Under the pieces are notes generated by a model. The model did not search any database, had not been told where the DNA came from, and saw nothing but the letters and a program-made list of their open reading frames with translations. A DNA stretch of 62,903 nucleotides, the filler included, from Jimgerdemannia flammicorona (lineage: Eukaryota), in NCBI GenBank assembly GCA_003990765.1. It is 2 parts of 2 records of this genome, joined end to end, with 100 filler letters (N's around TTAATTAATTAA, not from the genome) between each part and the next. Parts side by side here need not be neighbours in the genome. Positions count along the whole stretch, not along the records: positions 31,510 to 62,903 come from RBNJ01000403.1; 1 more part is not named here. One strand, written 5' to 3'. Numbering within the stretch: the first letter of the stretch is position 1; every line of letters starts with the position of its first letter. Positions 49,367-62,903 of this stretch are shown in pieces. The position numbers and the translations under genes are program-made.

Positions 49367-52300
49367 GATGGTATTGTGTTGTGACAATGAGAAGGAAAAG
49401 ACAACGATATCGCAGCTCAATTTTTTGCAAGCTGAATCTGAATAGATGTTTGGATTCCTGACCCTTTTATACCCTTGCCCTGGATCCGGCGTCTAAAAAA
49501 AAGGGGGTAGCAAGAAATTGACACTAACCTGGATGATTTTTGAAACCGATCATTTCCCAAACTGGACACACATCCATGACACTTGATTAACCTGCTGCTC
49601 GGAATTTCCATCCACATGCGCCTCCGGAGGCGAATATCCGGAACGAGTCAGACCAGACCCTACTGCAGATTGACGTCAACGTTGCCGGAAATAGAGTGAC
49701 GCTGGAACCAAAGGGGTCAAATAACCGATGAACAGTTTTGGGCACCGGAAATTAAGGAAAACTTCCGAGAGATTTTCGTTTTCCAGACTATCCAATCTAT
49801 AGCGTAAACCCTCCCCCCTTGGCAACAGGGTCCTATCTGGGATTGTTTTGGACCCCTAACCAGGATGGTTTCTGAACATAATAATCATTCGCTGTTGCAC
49901 AGAAATTTACAGCAAATAAAGCTATATTGAATTACACACATCACATGGCCCAAAGTGCCTAGCATACCAGATTGGAAGCAATTTATTAGTTTTGAATACG
50001 ACGAAACGCTCCATGGAACGAGTCATTTCCTATCTTGTTTATGATTGTCAGAAGATCTGGATCTCAAGGCACCAAAGCGGATATGCATTGTATCCACCAT
50101 CGTTATTATGTACCTCTTGCTTATTGAGAGCAATCAACAAATGGACTCATAACACGCTATTCATGTAGTAAATTCATACACAAGTTGAGGGCTTGCCATT
50201 TGGGCTGAAGATCAGCGATTACACACCCACAATTTGCCCAATCTTTTATATTAAATAAAAACACCTGACCCCACAGCAAAATTCCGATTCGACCATACTG
50301 GCTCATGGATCTCCATATCCATATACAGATATGAAACCGCATCTGTCAGTCTGATATTACTCCTAGACGAAAGATCAGACTGCCTAGAAGGCCAGCGATT
50401 TGATTGGTATCCTTGTCAGGGCATTCCATTTTTAAAACTACCGTCGCTGTGCATTTTCCGTTCCAAGGCAAATTCTGAAGGAACATTTGTAGCCGTGTGT
50501 ATTTGTTTCTTCTCTTGATGATGAACAAATATTTTCTTTCACATTTTGCGTATCGAAGTATGGTTCGCGTAGAATAAAGATTGTCTAAGAGAACTGTCTC
50601 GTATAATTCCGTTTCAACTCCATTTCTGTCAACGCCTTTTAGTTTCATGAAGAGCTTTTTTGCATCAATTTTCAATTTCCCAATTCTGTGAGTGAGTTAT
50701 TGGACTGAAAAACCAACAATACTGTGAATGTCAATGCATTTCAAATATACAGGTTGTTGGCATGAGGCGAACCTAGCTCGTCTATTTCTACTGCTCGTCA
50801 TCATGACCGCAAAGCATAGCTCAATCTGCGTTAACACTTAGGATGCCGAGACTAGAGGGGAACAGAAGTGTAATTATCGGCGGCAAGCTCCGCGATGAAC
50901 AGGTTGAAAAGGTTCGTGATACCCTGAGCTTGGTTCCATACGTCCGTCCAATGTGCGTTTGCAGCTTACATTAAAAAATTCGAAACCAAAGCCATCCTTG
51001 TGTCTAATATTCACACCTTGGACCTTGTCCAGCTAGTTCTCGGCTCATTTACATTGGGTGGCCCAAAGCCATCAGCGGATCCCCCCGAGAAGCCTGCTAT
51101 GTCAGGCAGCTACGAGTAGTGTGATGGCTCCGAAAGATTTGAAGCTTGGCTGGAACGAGTGCAAGTTAATTTCATACCACGATGTTTAGAAAAATACTGT
51201 ACCTCTAGGGCAGTTTTGCGGAACTGTCTAATGGAAGTTGACTATGCTAATATTCCAATTTGCGTTCCCCGTACTTCTCCAGTACACCTGATAAAACCGA
51301 ACGGGAACCTTGGTCATTAAAATGAAGTTATTATCCATATTAACGTAAGAAACCCGGTGTAAGGGGTTGTGTCATTCTCACCTCTCTGTTTCTCTCTCCT
51401 TGCCTCAGCCCTCTCGGTAGGTTTGACACATCCTCAAAAGCACCCTTCCTTCCACGGCGTACCCTCTACATGTGCTTGGAAGATGTGGCCAGCAGTAGAG
51501 TTTCAGCACCACAAGACGGGATTTCATTCCTGAAAATCACGCGGGTTGCTTGTAAATCCCGAGCCTAGGCAGGGTGCAAATAAACTGAAAATCTCAACGC
51601 CGACTTTGATTACAGCCAAGGGTCCGCCGGGGACTTCCCGTTCCTTCATTTTGTGCCCTGTTTTTCGCTTAGCCGCGCCTTCGGAGATCCCGCTAGCATA
51701 ATAGTAATAGTAAAGCGAGTCGCGCTGTCGGCTGATACGGGTGCAACTCCGGCACCGGATCATAGCCGCAAATCAATCGTACGTCTACGATCCCATATCG
51801 CAACTTTGATGAAATAGACGTCATTTTTGGTCGTGAATGGGGAGAGGGTAAGGAAAAGGATACGAGAATTGGGGATGCCGTCGTGGCGAAGCAAAGAAGT
51901 CCAAGTAGTAGACGTTACGGCATATTTGGTAATCTACCGCGTTGAATCGCAAGGGAAGAAGGGAAGGTAATGCATCACCACATTTGGGGCTTTGTCATAT
52001 TATCCATTCGAGGTTGTGCACACGTCTCAGGTATCACCACGACAACCGATATAAAGTCGAAAGGTTCGTATCTTGTCATCCGACTGCGAGATGATACTAC
52101 CCCTACACCGAAGGTCACCATAAGCTAATACTCAACGACAATTGCATGAGTGTAAATATTGAAAATTGTCCGGTATCCATAGTTGCATACCTTCCTTGTC
52201 AATCTGCTTCGCTGTTGGTTGTCCCTCTCGTATGTAGTGTCCGTTTCAGATGAGGCGGCGACGTCATTGACAATGGGGGAAAAGAGGACAGTTTGATACT

Positions 52301-53885
52301 TGGCAAAATAATGGATTGGACGGGAATGGGGGGAGAAGGGAACAAAAAGCCACAGATAAGGTGATAACCAGCAATGCCCATTGCATACAATAAACGGTAT
52401 TGAAGCAAGCTCGTCATCTAATGGAGGTCTTTGCATGTAAATACTTTTTTTGGGAGGTTGGTTCGAATCTTTCCTAGCCTATAAGGAAGAGTCATACCAC
52501 AACCGACAATCCGTCAAGCCTTTCGACTGACCATCGGCCTCACACGATCACACACTCGTCTTACAAAAAAGAAATTCACACGAAAACGGGCACACCTTCC
52601 CCGCACACGTTTCCATTCCCTGTCGGTAGGGTTCATCGAGGGAGACCGAAAAACAAACGGATGATTCAACACGATACGGAGAAGGGCCATACGTGAAACC
52701 ATCGGGCGGACCAGTGTGGGCGTTCCTGCCTTTTGGGGGGAAGGGAGGGTGAGACAAGGGGAAGTGAGCAAGTGGGCACCACGCGATGACCCTTCGATTG
52801 TGTACCACTTGGTATGCCCGTGCTCGAACAAACAGATGTAAACTTGTTCGCTGATTCGTTGTTTGGTTGACATAGAGGTCCACACAAAGCGACCAGAGCT
52901 GAAATTTGGGATAGATATGATATGTCAATATACAAGTCTCAATGAATTTGTTTCATACCTGTGACCGTAGCTCCGGATGTGGGTAAGTCTGAATATGGGT
53001 AGGAATGTATTGGCAATGATGTCCCAAAGGGGTGCACAAGACGGGAACGGGCGGATGGGATGAGTGCCCATAGTATGATATCAGAAGCTGATATAACTTG
53101 TCACAATTAAAATGTTTCAATGCGTGCGTGGTGCATGCTAAGTCTCGCAAAGTCGGGCCAGGCCACATTTCGAGGGACCTGGGCGAAGAGATCCTTGTTG
53201 GAGAAAATGCTTTGTTTTCTCAGAAGTATGTTCAGGCAAAAAAAAAAAAAAAAAAAGAAACAAAGATAAAAAGAAAGAGAAAGACAAGAACATGGGTGCC
53301 TCTCCGATGCCAGGTCACGCATTGAAGTTCTTTCTTAAGGCCATAATATTGATAAGAAGCTGTCATGCCGGCATGCAGCACGAAGTGGACCCGTTACATT
53401 GACAAGCAATGCTGTCAAACCAACCAATCTGGGACGATCAGTAAATATTATCGAGCGGCATAAATGCGCTTGGCAGGCCGGCTGAATAATCCCGGTGGCC
53501 AAGTCGTTGGCGTGCTGGCGTCTTTTGGGGGGGGGGATGGATGCATGGCGATTAACTGCATACAACGGTTCATTCTCAAACGTTGTATAGGTGGGGTGGG
53601 GGTGGGGGAGGGCAGTTATGTAAGTATTTGACAACGCTCAGGCCAACGTGTGCGGGTGACATCATCTCAACAATACACAACGGGGTACGTTGTAGCACAG
53701 GGACTATGTAGGTTCGCTCCCCTCTTGCCTCTTTTGGCCCTCTATTTCCATGTAAACATCAGCTGCCCCCCCCATTAACATTTTTTCTTCATACAACCCC
53801 CTTTCCACACAAGTCTTTCCCCCCTTCCCTCAAATTTAAACCCGCGTCGCATCTTTCACACCACAAAATATCTCTCAACCAGTCC

Positions 53886-56800
53886 ATGTCTAGTCACTCA
53901 AAACGAACAACGGTATGTACAAACACCAACTGAACAATCCTGAGGCTCGTACTCTGGTTCCGTTCGTTTCCGATACTTCGGCCTTCTTTTTCCTCGTATC
54001 AACCACGTGTCGCCATAATCCTTTTGCATGCACCGCTCACTTGCGCTCCACACAGATTCCGACGGCTGCGGAATTCGACAGGGAGATCAAAAACTTGCAC
54101 TACCTCTTTCAGGAAAAGGAAACAGATGCCAATTGGGAGTCATTCGACAAGGCGCTCAAGAACCTGATCACGTGGACGAAGCTCGGCGCGTTTGAGTATG
54201 AATCGTTTCTGCCCGCAATTCGAGGACTGAAAACGCCCATCAACAACTCGGTAAGTCCATTGCCTGTGATTAGGACGCGTGAAACGAAGAGAGGAGCAAA
54301 GTGGGTCACAGCAAACGCGACCACAGAACCGTGTTCGCAACCCCACAACTCAAACCTCTCTTCCCGACATTCACATCCTGACCATCGCCGTCTCTTCTTT
54401 CCTTTTCGGCGCTAATCCGTCACAATTGCTATTACAGCTCATCACAGAACGCACTCGGCTCTCCGGCACTGCCACCGAGCTGATAGAATCCCTTGCTCTC
54501 GTTCTCGGGCGCAACCTCGAAGCCCTTAGCGACCTCTTCCTCCCTACCCTCATCAAGCTCTGTGGCCGGACTAACAAGGTCATGGTCACGCGCGGCCTGA
54601 AGGCCATTGTGGCCATCATCACCCAGTCGCGCGTCCCCCGCGCCATCCCAAAGTTCTGCGAGCCCCTCATCCAGGTTGACCCAAACAAGGGTCTCAGGGC
54701 TGTCATGGCCGAGTGCTTGCTCACCAGCATAAAGGTCAATGAGGTGAAGGACCTGGAGCCGTACCTGGGGGAAATTGAGAAGGTCATCAAGGGCGGCGCC
54801 ATGGACTCCGCGCCGGAGGTGAGGGAGATTGTCAGGAAGATTAACGAGATATACAAGCTCAAGTTTGAGGAGAGGTGGGCGAGGTAAGTTGGCGAGGGAT
54901 TTATTTTTTATTGCCGGTCATTCGTCAAAATATTGGGCGAAGATAGGGTTATGAGTTCAGGCTTGGTTTCCTCGCTCTTCTCATTTATTTTTATCCATCG
55001 TCTAGCTTCGTTGAGAATCTTCCCACGGATGTTAAGAAATATCTAAAGGTCTCCACTGGTGCCAGCAAACCTCCCCCCAGACGTCCCCTACCCCCGAAGC
55101 GACCGATTTCACAGCAGGATGATCATCCCGAGGATATGTCCACATCGCTCAGCGAGAGTGACCGGGCTAATTCCAACGTGCCCCTAGCTAGAGCGATGCG
55201 CGTGAGGGCCATTTCCGTACCCGCCCCTCCTCAGCCCCCGCAACCTGACAACGCCGCCTCCCGACGACCGGCCCCCTCCAGCAGCGAATTCTCGCGTGCC
55301 CTCTCAACCCTGGAACAGAACTCACATAGCCGATCCAACGCTAGCACCGCCACGACCGACAATCCGAGCCCGAACTCAAGCGACACCCACTCGAACGAGG
55401 ACCCCGCCGATTCGCATTCCGCTGCCTCCTCCGTCGACGACGTCGCCGCCGAGGCCGTCGCCCTGATGGCCAAGCATCGCGCCAATATTCAGAGCGTCAA
55501 CACCACCACCGCGCAACGCGTCGTCCGCCAGCAACTACCTGTCGGGCCCCTCGATCTCGCCCCGGCCACCCCCAGCGTGGTCTCAACCCCATCCTCCCGC
55601 ATGCCCCCCGGCCGTCTCCTTTCCACCATCTCCTCGGCCCGCAAGCTCGAGGGCGGTGCCATCCTTTTCGGCCCGCATCTATCGGAAGCTCATCCCCCGT
55701 CCTTGAACCTTTTCCCCGCCGCACCGTTGCTCAATGGCAACGCGAGCACCGACGTCAATGCGTCCACGTCTGCACCCACGGATCATATCAATGACACGGC
55801 GAGTGATATTGGCTCCGCGGGAGGCGTAGATGCTACTCTGCCCTCGATCAATGGTCGTCCCGTCTCGCACGCCATGCGCGTGAAGGCGCCTATCGTGATT
55901 CCTGGGCCGGTTGGAGCGGGTTTGCTGGGCAAGCCGACTCGGCCGATCGTCAAAACGCAACGTGCGCCGGCTCCTGCTGTGTCGGGCACTGGTTAGTTTA
56001 TTTTATTTCGTTTTATTTTATTTTTTTTCCTTATCGTCATCATTATTTTCCACTCGAATTCATTGACTTCTCTTTGCTAGCCATGGATAGTAGTATATGT
56101 AGGGGTGGGGGAGGATATGACAGCAATCAAAGTGAGGGTCGCATGGGGTTTGACTTATGCTTAACAAATTTTACGCTTCTATGCATCAACAGCTGTACCT
56201 TCCAGATCCTCAACCGCCGGTGGCGCCCAACGCGTGATGAAGCGCGTCCCCGCCGTCACGGAAAAGCCCTACGATGGAGACCGACCGACGAGCGCGACGA
56301 CCGAGCGGCCGCCTCCCATGGGCTCGACCAAGGCGAGGAGCACGACCGCCCCTCTCCCAGCACTCGTCGAAAAGAAGAGTAGGGACGTGATCGCTGCGGT
56401 TGAGAAGCGGAGGAGGGAGGCGGCCGACAGGAAGGAAGCGGACATTGGCCACCACATCGAGGAACAAAAGCACAAGCCCAAGGTCATCGTCGAGGGGTCC
56501 ACGAACGGACGCCGGCCGGTCTCCTCGATGGCGACGTCCACGCGCAGACCGTCGCAGCCCCTGGTGGACACAACCAAGAGGCCAGCCACAGCCTCCGCCG
56601 CTCACAAGCCCACTGCGACCACGTCCAGAAAGACCACCACCACAACGTCAACCACAAATGCCGCCGCCGCGGCGAAGCCGGCCACCTCGAGGTCCTTTGT
56701 CATCACGAAGTCGAGATCGACGGCAGGGGCGCCTGCCAAGAAACCCACCTCTGCCATCGCTGCCGGGCCCGTGTCGAAAAAGGCTGGTTCCTCCACCGCT

Positions 56801-57139
56801 TCCGTCACTTCCTCCACTGCTTCGTCGACAGGGAAGAGGTCGGCCCCGACGAGCCCCGTGGTGGCACCGGAGCTCTTGGCCTCGCCTATCGGCGACCTCG
56901 AGGAGCTAGGAGCTGTGACGGTCGACGAGACAGTGGTCGAGTCCATCTCTGTCGCGTCGGACGATGACCGCTTGGTGAACCCCGCCGGGTCGGTCGAAGG
57001 GTTGCCGCTGCTCGCCATGGTCGCCGAGGCTATTGCCGAGGCACAGACGGACGCGAATGCGAGCATCAATGGATATGAGTATGCACATCACGCGATTGCG
57101 GGGCCAGCGGTGATCGCGGCGATTGGAGGGAGTGATTGA
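53886..57139 (+). CDS. CLASP/Stu1-like N-terminal TOG-domain microtubule-associated protein (exons 53886-53912, 54056-54250, 54438-54883, 55006-55991, 56193-57139)
   Basis: KETDANWE..ITERTRLSGTA..LIKLCGRTNKV..DSAPEVRE matches CLASP_N. It is followed by a long S/T/P/R-rich tail, and four GT-AG introns keep the frame. Confidence 0.88.
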
Positions 57140-57349
57140 GAGGGTGAATGTAGGAGGCGGGTTGGGAATGTACGAGTGACACGATGTGCTTACGATAGCT
57201 TTAGGTTGACTGGAGGTGAGGCTTTTGAATGTGGTGCGTGTGTATTTGGGAACCAGCAATCATGTAAATCTATACCTAATACGCCGTGTTCCTGGATGTC
57301 GTTTTTTTAAGATAGTTGCTGTTGAAGGGTTGCCGGCTCGACAACTTTG

Positions 57350-57393
<44 letters not shown>

Positions 57394-57700
57394 CTCTTTC
57401 TTTCTTGATTCTTTACATATCATTTATCTACCATTTCATGCTTGTTGGCTCGCTCACTACATCACTCCTCATAACGTAAAATACTTGTTTTGTTGGGGTT
57501 CAAAAGAGGCGTGTGGCTGCTAGGACGGAATAGAGACGTTTCAGAACGCCACTACGCCCAACCATCATCCAGTAACTCATTCGTCATGGCTACGTCTGTC
57601 CTCTGTCTCAGCCCCACCAGCTATATAAACCATCCTTGCCTTCTCACTCAAACATCAACCCACCCCCTACCCATATACTTCACCAAGACTATCAATTAAA

Positions 57701-59869
57701 ATGCTCCACAAGCACATCGACGCTGAATCTTTCATGGATGCGACCCGCCGTGAGGAACGCCGCGGGAGCGTTCGCGGAAACCCGGGAGTGCACTCCATGG
57801 CCTATGGGTCGCGCTACGCCACCGCTGAGATCCCAAAGTACCATCTACCTGAAAAATCGTCGTCGTCGCAGGTCGCATATCAGCTCGTTCACGACGAACT
57901 GGAGATGGATGGGAGGCCGGCCATGAACCTCGCCTCGTTCGGTACGTGTTTCTTTATGTTCGTTTGCATTAATAATGGTTGCTTCAGGTGGTGGAGCTGG
58001 TGAATTCAACCTTAACCTCCTCTCCATCCACAAACCCGTCGTCCTCAGTTCACACCTGGATGGAGCCCGAGGCCGACCGCCTGATTATGGAAAACATCAA
58101 TAAGAATCTCTCGGACCAGGACGAGTACCCAGCTACGATGCGGATCCATTCGTGGTGTGTCTCCATCCTGGCCAATTTGTGGAAGGCGCCCACTCAGGGC
58201 AACAAGAGCGTCGGCACCGCTACCGCCGGCTCGTCGGAGGCCGTCATGCTAGGTGGCCTAGCCATGAAGAAAATGTGGCAGGCGAAGAGGAAAAGGGAGG
58301 GCAAGGATGCCTCGAAGCCGAACATTGTGTTCGGGAATAACGCGCAGGTGGGTGGGGCCACAAGATGGTTACTTTCTTTTTCTATGGTACCACATGGCGA
58401 GCTGCCACCATATTCATAAACTCTTTAACCTCACAGGTTGCTCTCGAGAAATTCGCTCGCTACTTTGATGTTGAGGCGCGCCTGGTCCCCGTGACTGCCT
58501 CTTCGCGGTACTGCCTGGACGTGAAGCGGGCCATTACCTTGGTGGACGAGAACACGATCGGCGTGTACCTGATCCTGGGCTCAACGTACACGGGCCACTT
58601 TGAGGACGTGGAGGGGATGGCGAAGGAGCTGGATCGTCTGCAGGAGGAGCGCGGACTCGATGTGCCTATCCATGTCGATGCCGCAAGCGGTGGGTTCGTC
58701 GCACCCTTTGCGTTTCCCGATTACAAGTGGTCGTTCGAGATACCCAGGGTTGTGTCTATTAATTCGTCAGGGCATAAGTTTGGGCTGACGTATGCTGTGA
58801 GTTTTTTTTTTTTTTTTCACAGTTGTTCGTATCTTCAGCGGACGGCGCGCGTTGCTAAATGAACCTCTCTTCCCACTATAGGGTATTGGCTGGATCCTCT
58901 GGCGCAGCGAATCGCACCTCCCCAAAGAACTCATCTTCGAGCTCCACTACCTTGGCGGCACGGAGCAAACTTATACGCTCAATTTTTCGCGCCCCGCGTG
59001 CTTCATGATTGCGCAGTATTACAACTTTGTGCGTCTGGGTGCAGAGGGGTACCGGTCAATCATGGAGAACGACTTGCTGAACGCACGACTACTGTCGCAC
59101 GCGCTCGAGAAGAGCGGCTACTACGACGTCCTGAGCGACGTCCACAGGCCCAAGGGGGTCACCTTCGCGGGCAAGAATGAACAGGGGAAGAAGCCTAAGG
59201 GAGACGGCAAGGCTGCCGACTATAATGCTAGCTTGCCCGTCGTGACGTTCAGACTGAACGAGGAGTTTAGGAAGGAGAATCCACATGTCAAGCAGGCAGC
59301 TGTCAGTGGGCTGTTGAGGACGAGGGGATGGATTGTGCCGAGTAAGTACCTTTCTGGTGAGGTTCCTAGCAAAGGTAGTTTGGTTTGCTGCAGCGCAAGC
59401 TAACGACTGCATGTGATTAAATTCTATCAGATTACAATCTTCCACCCGATTGCGCCGAAACCGATATCCTTCGCGTTGTGGTAATTCAACATTTCTAGAC
59501 CTTTCCTCCTATTTTCTATTGTGCATCCACTCTCTCACCCTAAACTCTTTCACCACCATCAGGTTCGCGAAAGCATGTCGGAGGACCTCATCGACCGCCT
59601 CGGTAAATCTCCTCATCCCCTAAACCAAACCTCACTATCCCCCTTTGTCCACATCGATCTAACCCAAATCTTTTCCCCACTCTCCAAAAATAAAAAAAAA
59701 TAAAAAAATAAATAAATACACAGCTTCCGACATCTTCTGGGTGACCGAGACACTCATGAACAGCGAGTCCATCGACTCGGCCATCTTCAGCCAGACCGCC
59801 GGCAGCTTGCCAGAGTCGAAGCTTCAGGAGGAGTCAGTGAAGACTAACACTTACGCCAGGCAGTGCTAA
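57701..59869 (+). CDS. gad: Glutamate decarboxylase, PLP-dependent (exons 57701-57941, 58049-58347, 58437-58796, 58882-59341, 59431-59480, 59563-59602, 59724-59869)
   Basis: DGRPAMNLASFVHTWMEPE, DEYPA, GSSEAVMLGGLA, EKFARYFDVE, LGSTYTG, HVDAASGGF, SINSSGHK (PLP lysine), YLGG..LNFSRP, GWIVPNY, ILRVVVRE. Confidence 0.97.
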
Positions 59870-60156
59870 GATATAGAATCGTTCTTCCAACTGAGATTTC
59901 TTCTCTATGCGAGGGAGAACAACAAAAAAGTGAATTTGATGAAAGAGGCGAGAGAATATATCGGAAAATTGTATTCAAACAGGTTTTTAAAATAAACATA
60001 TATAACATATGTAACAAGCGAGGTATCGGTTGAGGAAATAAATGAGGGGGGTTTTTTTTTTCTTTTTTTTTTTTAAGAACCAAAGGAGTACTTCTATCAC
60101 GAGATTTTTAGGCATCGACAAAGCAAGAAAATCAATGTCTAATAAATTCTTCTCAT

Positions 60157-62137
60157 TTAAAGCCCACCCACCCCAATTCCAACGACATCTCTCCTCTGCA
60201 CCGTCCACCCGACCCCTTTCGCCGCACACCCTCTAGGCCACCTCGCTCCCTTCCCAAACGTCTCCTCCACCTCCCTCATAAACCCATCAAAGTATGTCCA
60301 CTCCTTCTCCTCCTTCTGTGCCTTCCCCAACCCGCCCCCTGGCCACACCAGCTTCGCATGCTCGCGATGTACGATGAACTCCCCCCTTGCGACGCGGAAC
60401 CGGTACCCCATTGCGTTGAGGATAAGTGCGTGTGACTGCTTATCGCCGCCTTGGTTCCGAAACCGCTCGTCGTACGCCGGTGCGGTGGACCGGTGAAGGA
60501 TATAGTAGGGCTCCCACTGCGACTCGTAGCAGACCTCGTAGGTGTGCGGGTCTTGTGCGAAGAAGGGGCGCGCCAGGAACTGCTGCGTCGTGAGCGTCGG
60601 ACCGTGGCCCGCCCGCGGGTCCGTCACAAAGGCTGCGCCCGTGCGGAAGAGGGGGCGCAGGTCGGCGGGTGTGGCGGGGATGGGGCCCATGTGTGCCTCG
60701 ACTAGGGCTATGCACGGGATGACAAGGGCAATTCGGTGGGCTTGTTGGGTGCGAGGGGAGAGAAGCGGGACGGCGTGGTGAGCGGCGAAGGCGTGCAGGG
60801 ATTTGGAGGGGACGAAATCGGCGTCGATGACAAAAACGTAGTCGGTTGGGGCGGTGGCAGTGGCAAGGTTGCGCAGGCGGTTGATCGGATAGCGGAGGTG
60901 GACGTTGTGTGCGTCGTACGCCGGTTTGAGGATCGTGAGTGTCACACGGGAGTAGAGGGCCGATTTGGCGGCATCATTAAAGTAGGTGTGGAGGGGGTCA
61001 ATGTCGGTGGATTGGGTGAGGTAGCTGGGATGTTGCGGATTGAGATTGGGAGCAAGGATGAATAATACGCTCCTTGGTCATTTGTTACACATTACTCGCC
61101 CCAAACTTTCCGAAGGAGCACATTGCTATACCCAAACCCTAACTTCAATTCATGACCATTTCCTTGCAAGTCCCACCACCCCCGTCGCGCCCCGCCCCGC
61201 CCCGTCCCACACCCCAACATACATGACCGCGGCTATAGGCCCTTCCCACGCACCGATGGCGTCCTCGAACCGTTCCAGTCGGTTGATAGAGAACTGCGAC
61301 ACGAGGGTGACCTCTGTGGACGGAAACGCGAGAGTCGGTGGGTGGGTGTAAATGATCTCGGTCTCGGCAGCGTGCTTGCGGGTCATGTTACGTTTGATCT
61401 GGTCTAGAGCGATGAATATGCTCGCTGGAAGGAAGGAAGGAAGGGGAGGTGGGGATCAAGGGAAAGGGTTGATTGGCCATTCTGTCCAAATCAGATCTCG
61501 TATTCCAACACTTATACCACACGAAACCCTAAAAAAATGTCAACGACTCACTCTTGACCTCAATTTCCCTAACAAGCTTGCACAGACTATGCTTTTTTGA
61601 ATCGCACGAGAACTCCCCCACATTCAACACCACAGATTTCCCAACCCTCTGCTGCGATTTCTCTCCCTCCTCATCCCACCTCTCCTCCTCTGCCTCGGCG
61701 TCAGGCTCCCCCTCAAGCGTCAAGCTCATCCCCACAGGCACACTAACACGATGCACGTCATGATATACGCCCTGCTGCACCAGTGCCTGCCAGTCCCACC
61801 TGCCGACCAGCCACGACGAGCACCGGTTAGTGGGGTTGCAGATAGTGACGCTCGGGGCAGAGGTGGAGCCGTGGTACTGCTCGTGGTGGGGTGTACGGGC
61901 AGCCGAGTCGGGACGTTGGGCAGGGGAGACATGCTTACCGAGGCGTGGCCAGACGAAGAGGATGAGGGCAAAAAGGAGGAGGCAGGGGAGGAGCAGGGCA
62001 CGCGTGGGCGAGGCTTGGGGTTGGGAGGTGAGGGGACGTTTGGCGGCGGTGTAGGGGAGATTGTGGCGGCGGCGGCGGGCCCATTGCCGCCATATGCGGT
62101 CCAGGCGAACCTGTGTTCTATTGAAGAAGGTGTCCAT
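60157..62137 (-). CDS. Type II membrane LARGE/B4GAT1-like (GT49) glycosyltransferase (exons 62137-61552, 61424-61223, 61024-60157)
   Basis: N-terminal TM (LLLPCLLLFALILFVW), VTLVSQFSINRL, WEGPIAAVIY, YPINRLRNLA, VIDADFVP (DxD), WEPYYI, YDERF. The start codon is uncertain. Confidence 0.87.
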
Positions 62138-62828
62138 GCCGGTAACGCGAATTGACAGGCGGACAGGGTGGCTTTGCTCGGGGCAAGGGGGAGGGCTAAT
62201 TATATCCAGCCCAACTTGATCCGGCCCTTCACTATCCGCACACATCCAAGAAAGGTACGGCTGCCAAATGCCAAATGCCACAAAACCATCGGCATTAGCC
62301 TTCGCACCCTCCAACCAGAGTCCATTCCGATCCCTGTTGGTGATATTTGGTTTCGCCATGCCAGACCAAGATAATTCCGTTTAAAATCTAATCTCCATAG
62401 GAAGCTTTCCCTTCGCCAAGGGACTGAGCCTGGTCAAGATTCTGTCCAACCATCATGACCAGGGCCGATCTGTGGATGGCCAACTCTGCCACTTTTAGCC
62501 CGCGCGCATCCTTTCCCATTCGTGGCCGGATGGTCCCTGGCAGTGACCCGGTTCGGGTATTTGCGTGACGATGCGCACCGATCGGGTGCATGTCGGTTGG
62601 AATCTCTGAGGTAACTATAGGCTCCATTAAATGCATGAGCGTCACCTGCGTGTGACAGACAAACGATCCAGCCATCTCCGTCGACGGTTTTTCGTGGGTG
62701 CTTCCAGCGAGACCCTCGACTCAGTTTAATTGCATCCCTGACAATCTGACATCGTCATGTCGATTTTTGCACAAAGGTCAATGTGTTATCTAAACGAAAC
62801 TATGTACATTTTTCAAGCCAGCCACAAA

Positions 62829-62903
<75 letters not shown>

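Noticed and set aside
51733..51762. tRNA/tmRNA-like T-arm (GGGTGCAACTCC)
   Set aside because: Lacks TTC, and no acceptor, D or anticodon arms can be built.
50157..53634. Scattered 60-126 aa ORFs between the chitinase and CLASP genes (also 42489-42818 and 46809-47111)
   Set aside because: No motifs I can identify. They may be pseudogene debris but cannot be supported without a search.

Overview
Eukaryotic, almost certainly fungal genomic DNA. A Mucoromycota/Endogonales-like origin is inferred from gene content and short GT-AG introns. The left ~34.4 kb is a CpG-depleted nest of decayed transposons: at least seven copies or fragments of two L1/Tx1-type LINE families (one nested insertion with a TSD), a complete but dead Tc1 (DD34E) element with 250-bp TIRs, a probable solo LTR, a probable Penelope-like remnant with a type III hammerhead ribozyme, and a kelch-TM pseudogene. 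An artificial 100-bp N/stop linker lies at 31410-31509. At the edge of the nest (34318-35135), and essentially missed by the ORF track, is an intron-containing pseudogenised Fanzor (IS607-TnpB/Fanzor2-like RNA-guided nuclease). It retains all three RuvC motifs and has a hairpin-rich 3' end resembling an omega-RNA scaffold. The right ~28 kb is CpG-rich and genic: FYVE protein, Myb/SANT protein, GH18 chitinase, CLASP/Stu1-like protein, glutamate decarboxylase and a LARGE/GT49-like glycosyltransferase. All coordinates and translations were read by eye; no database searches were run.
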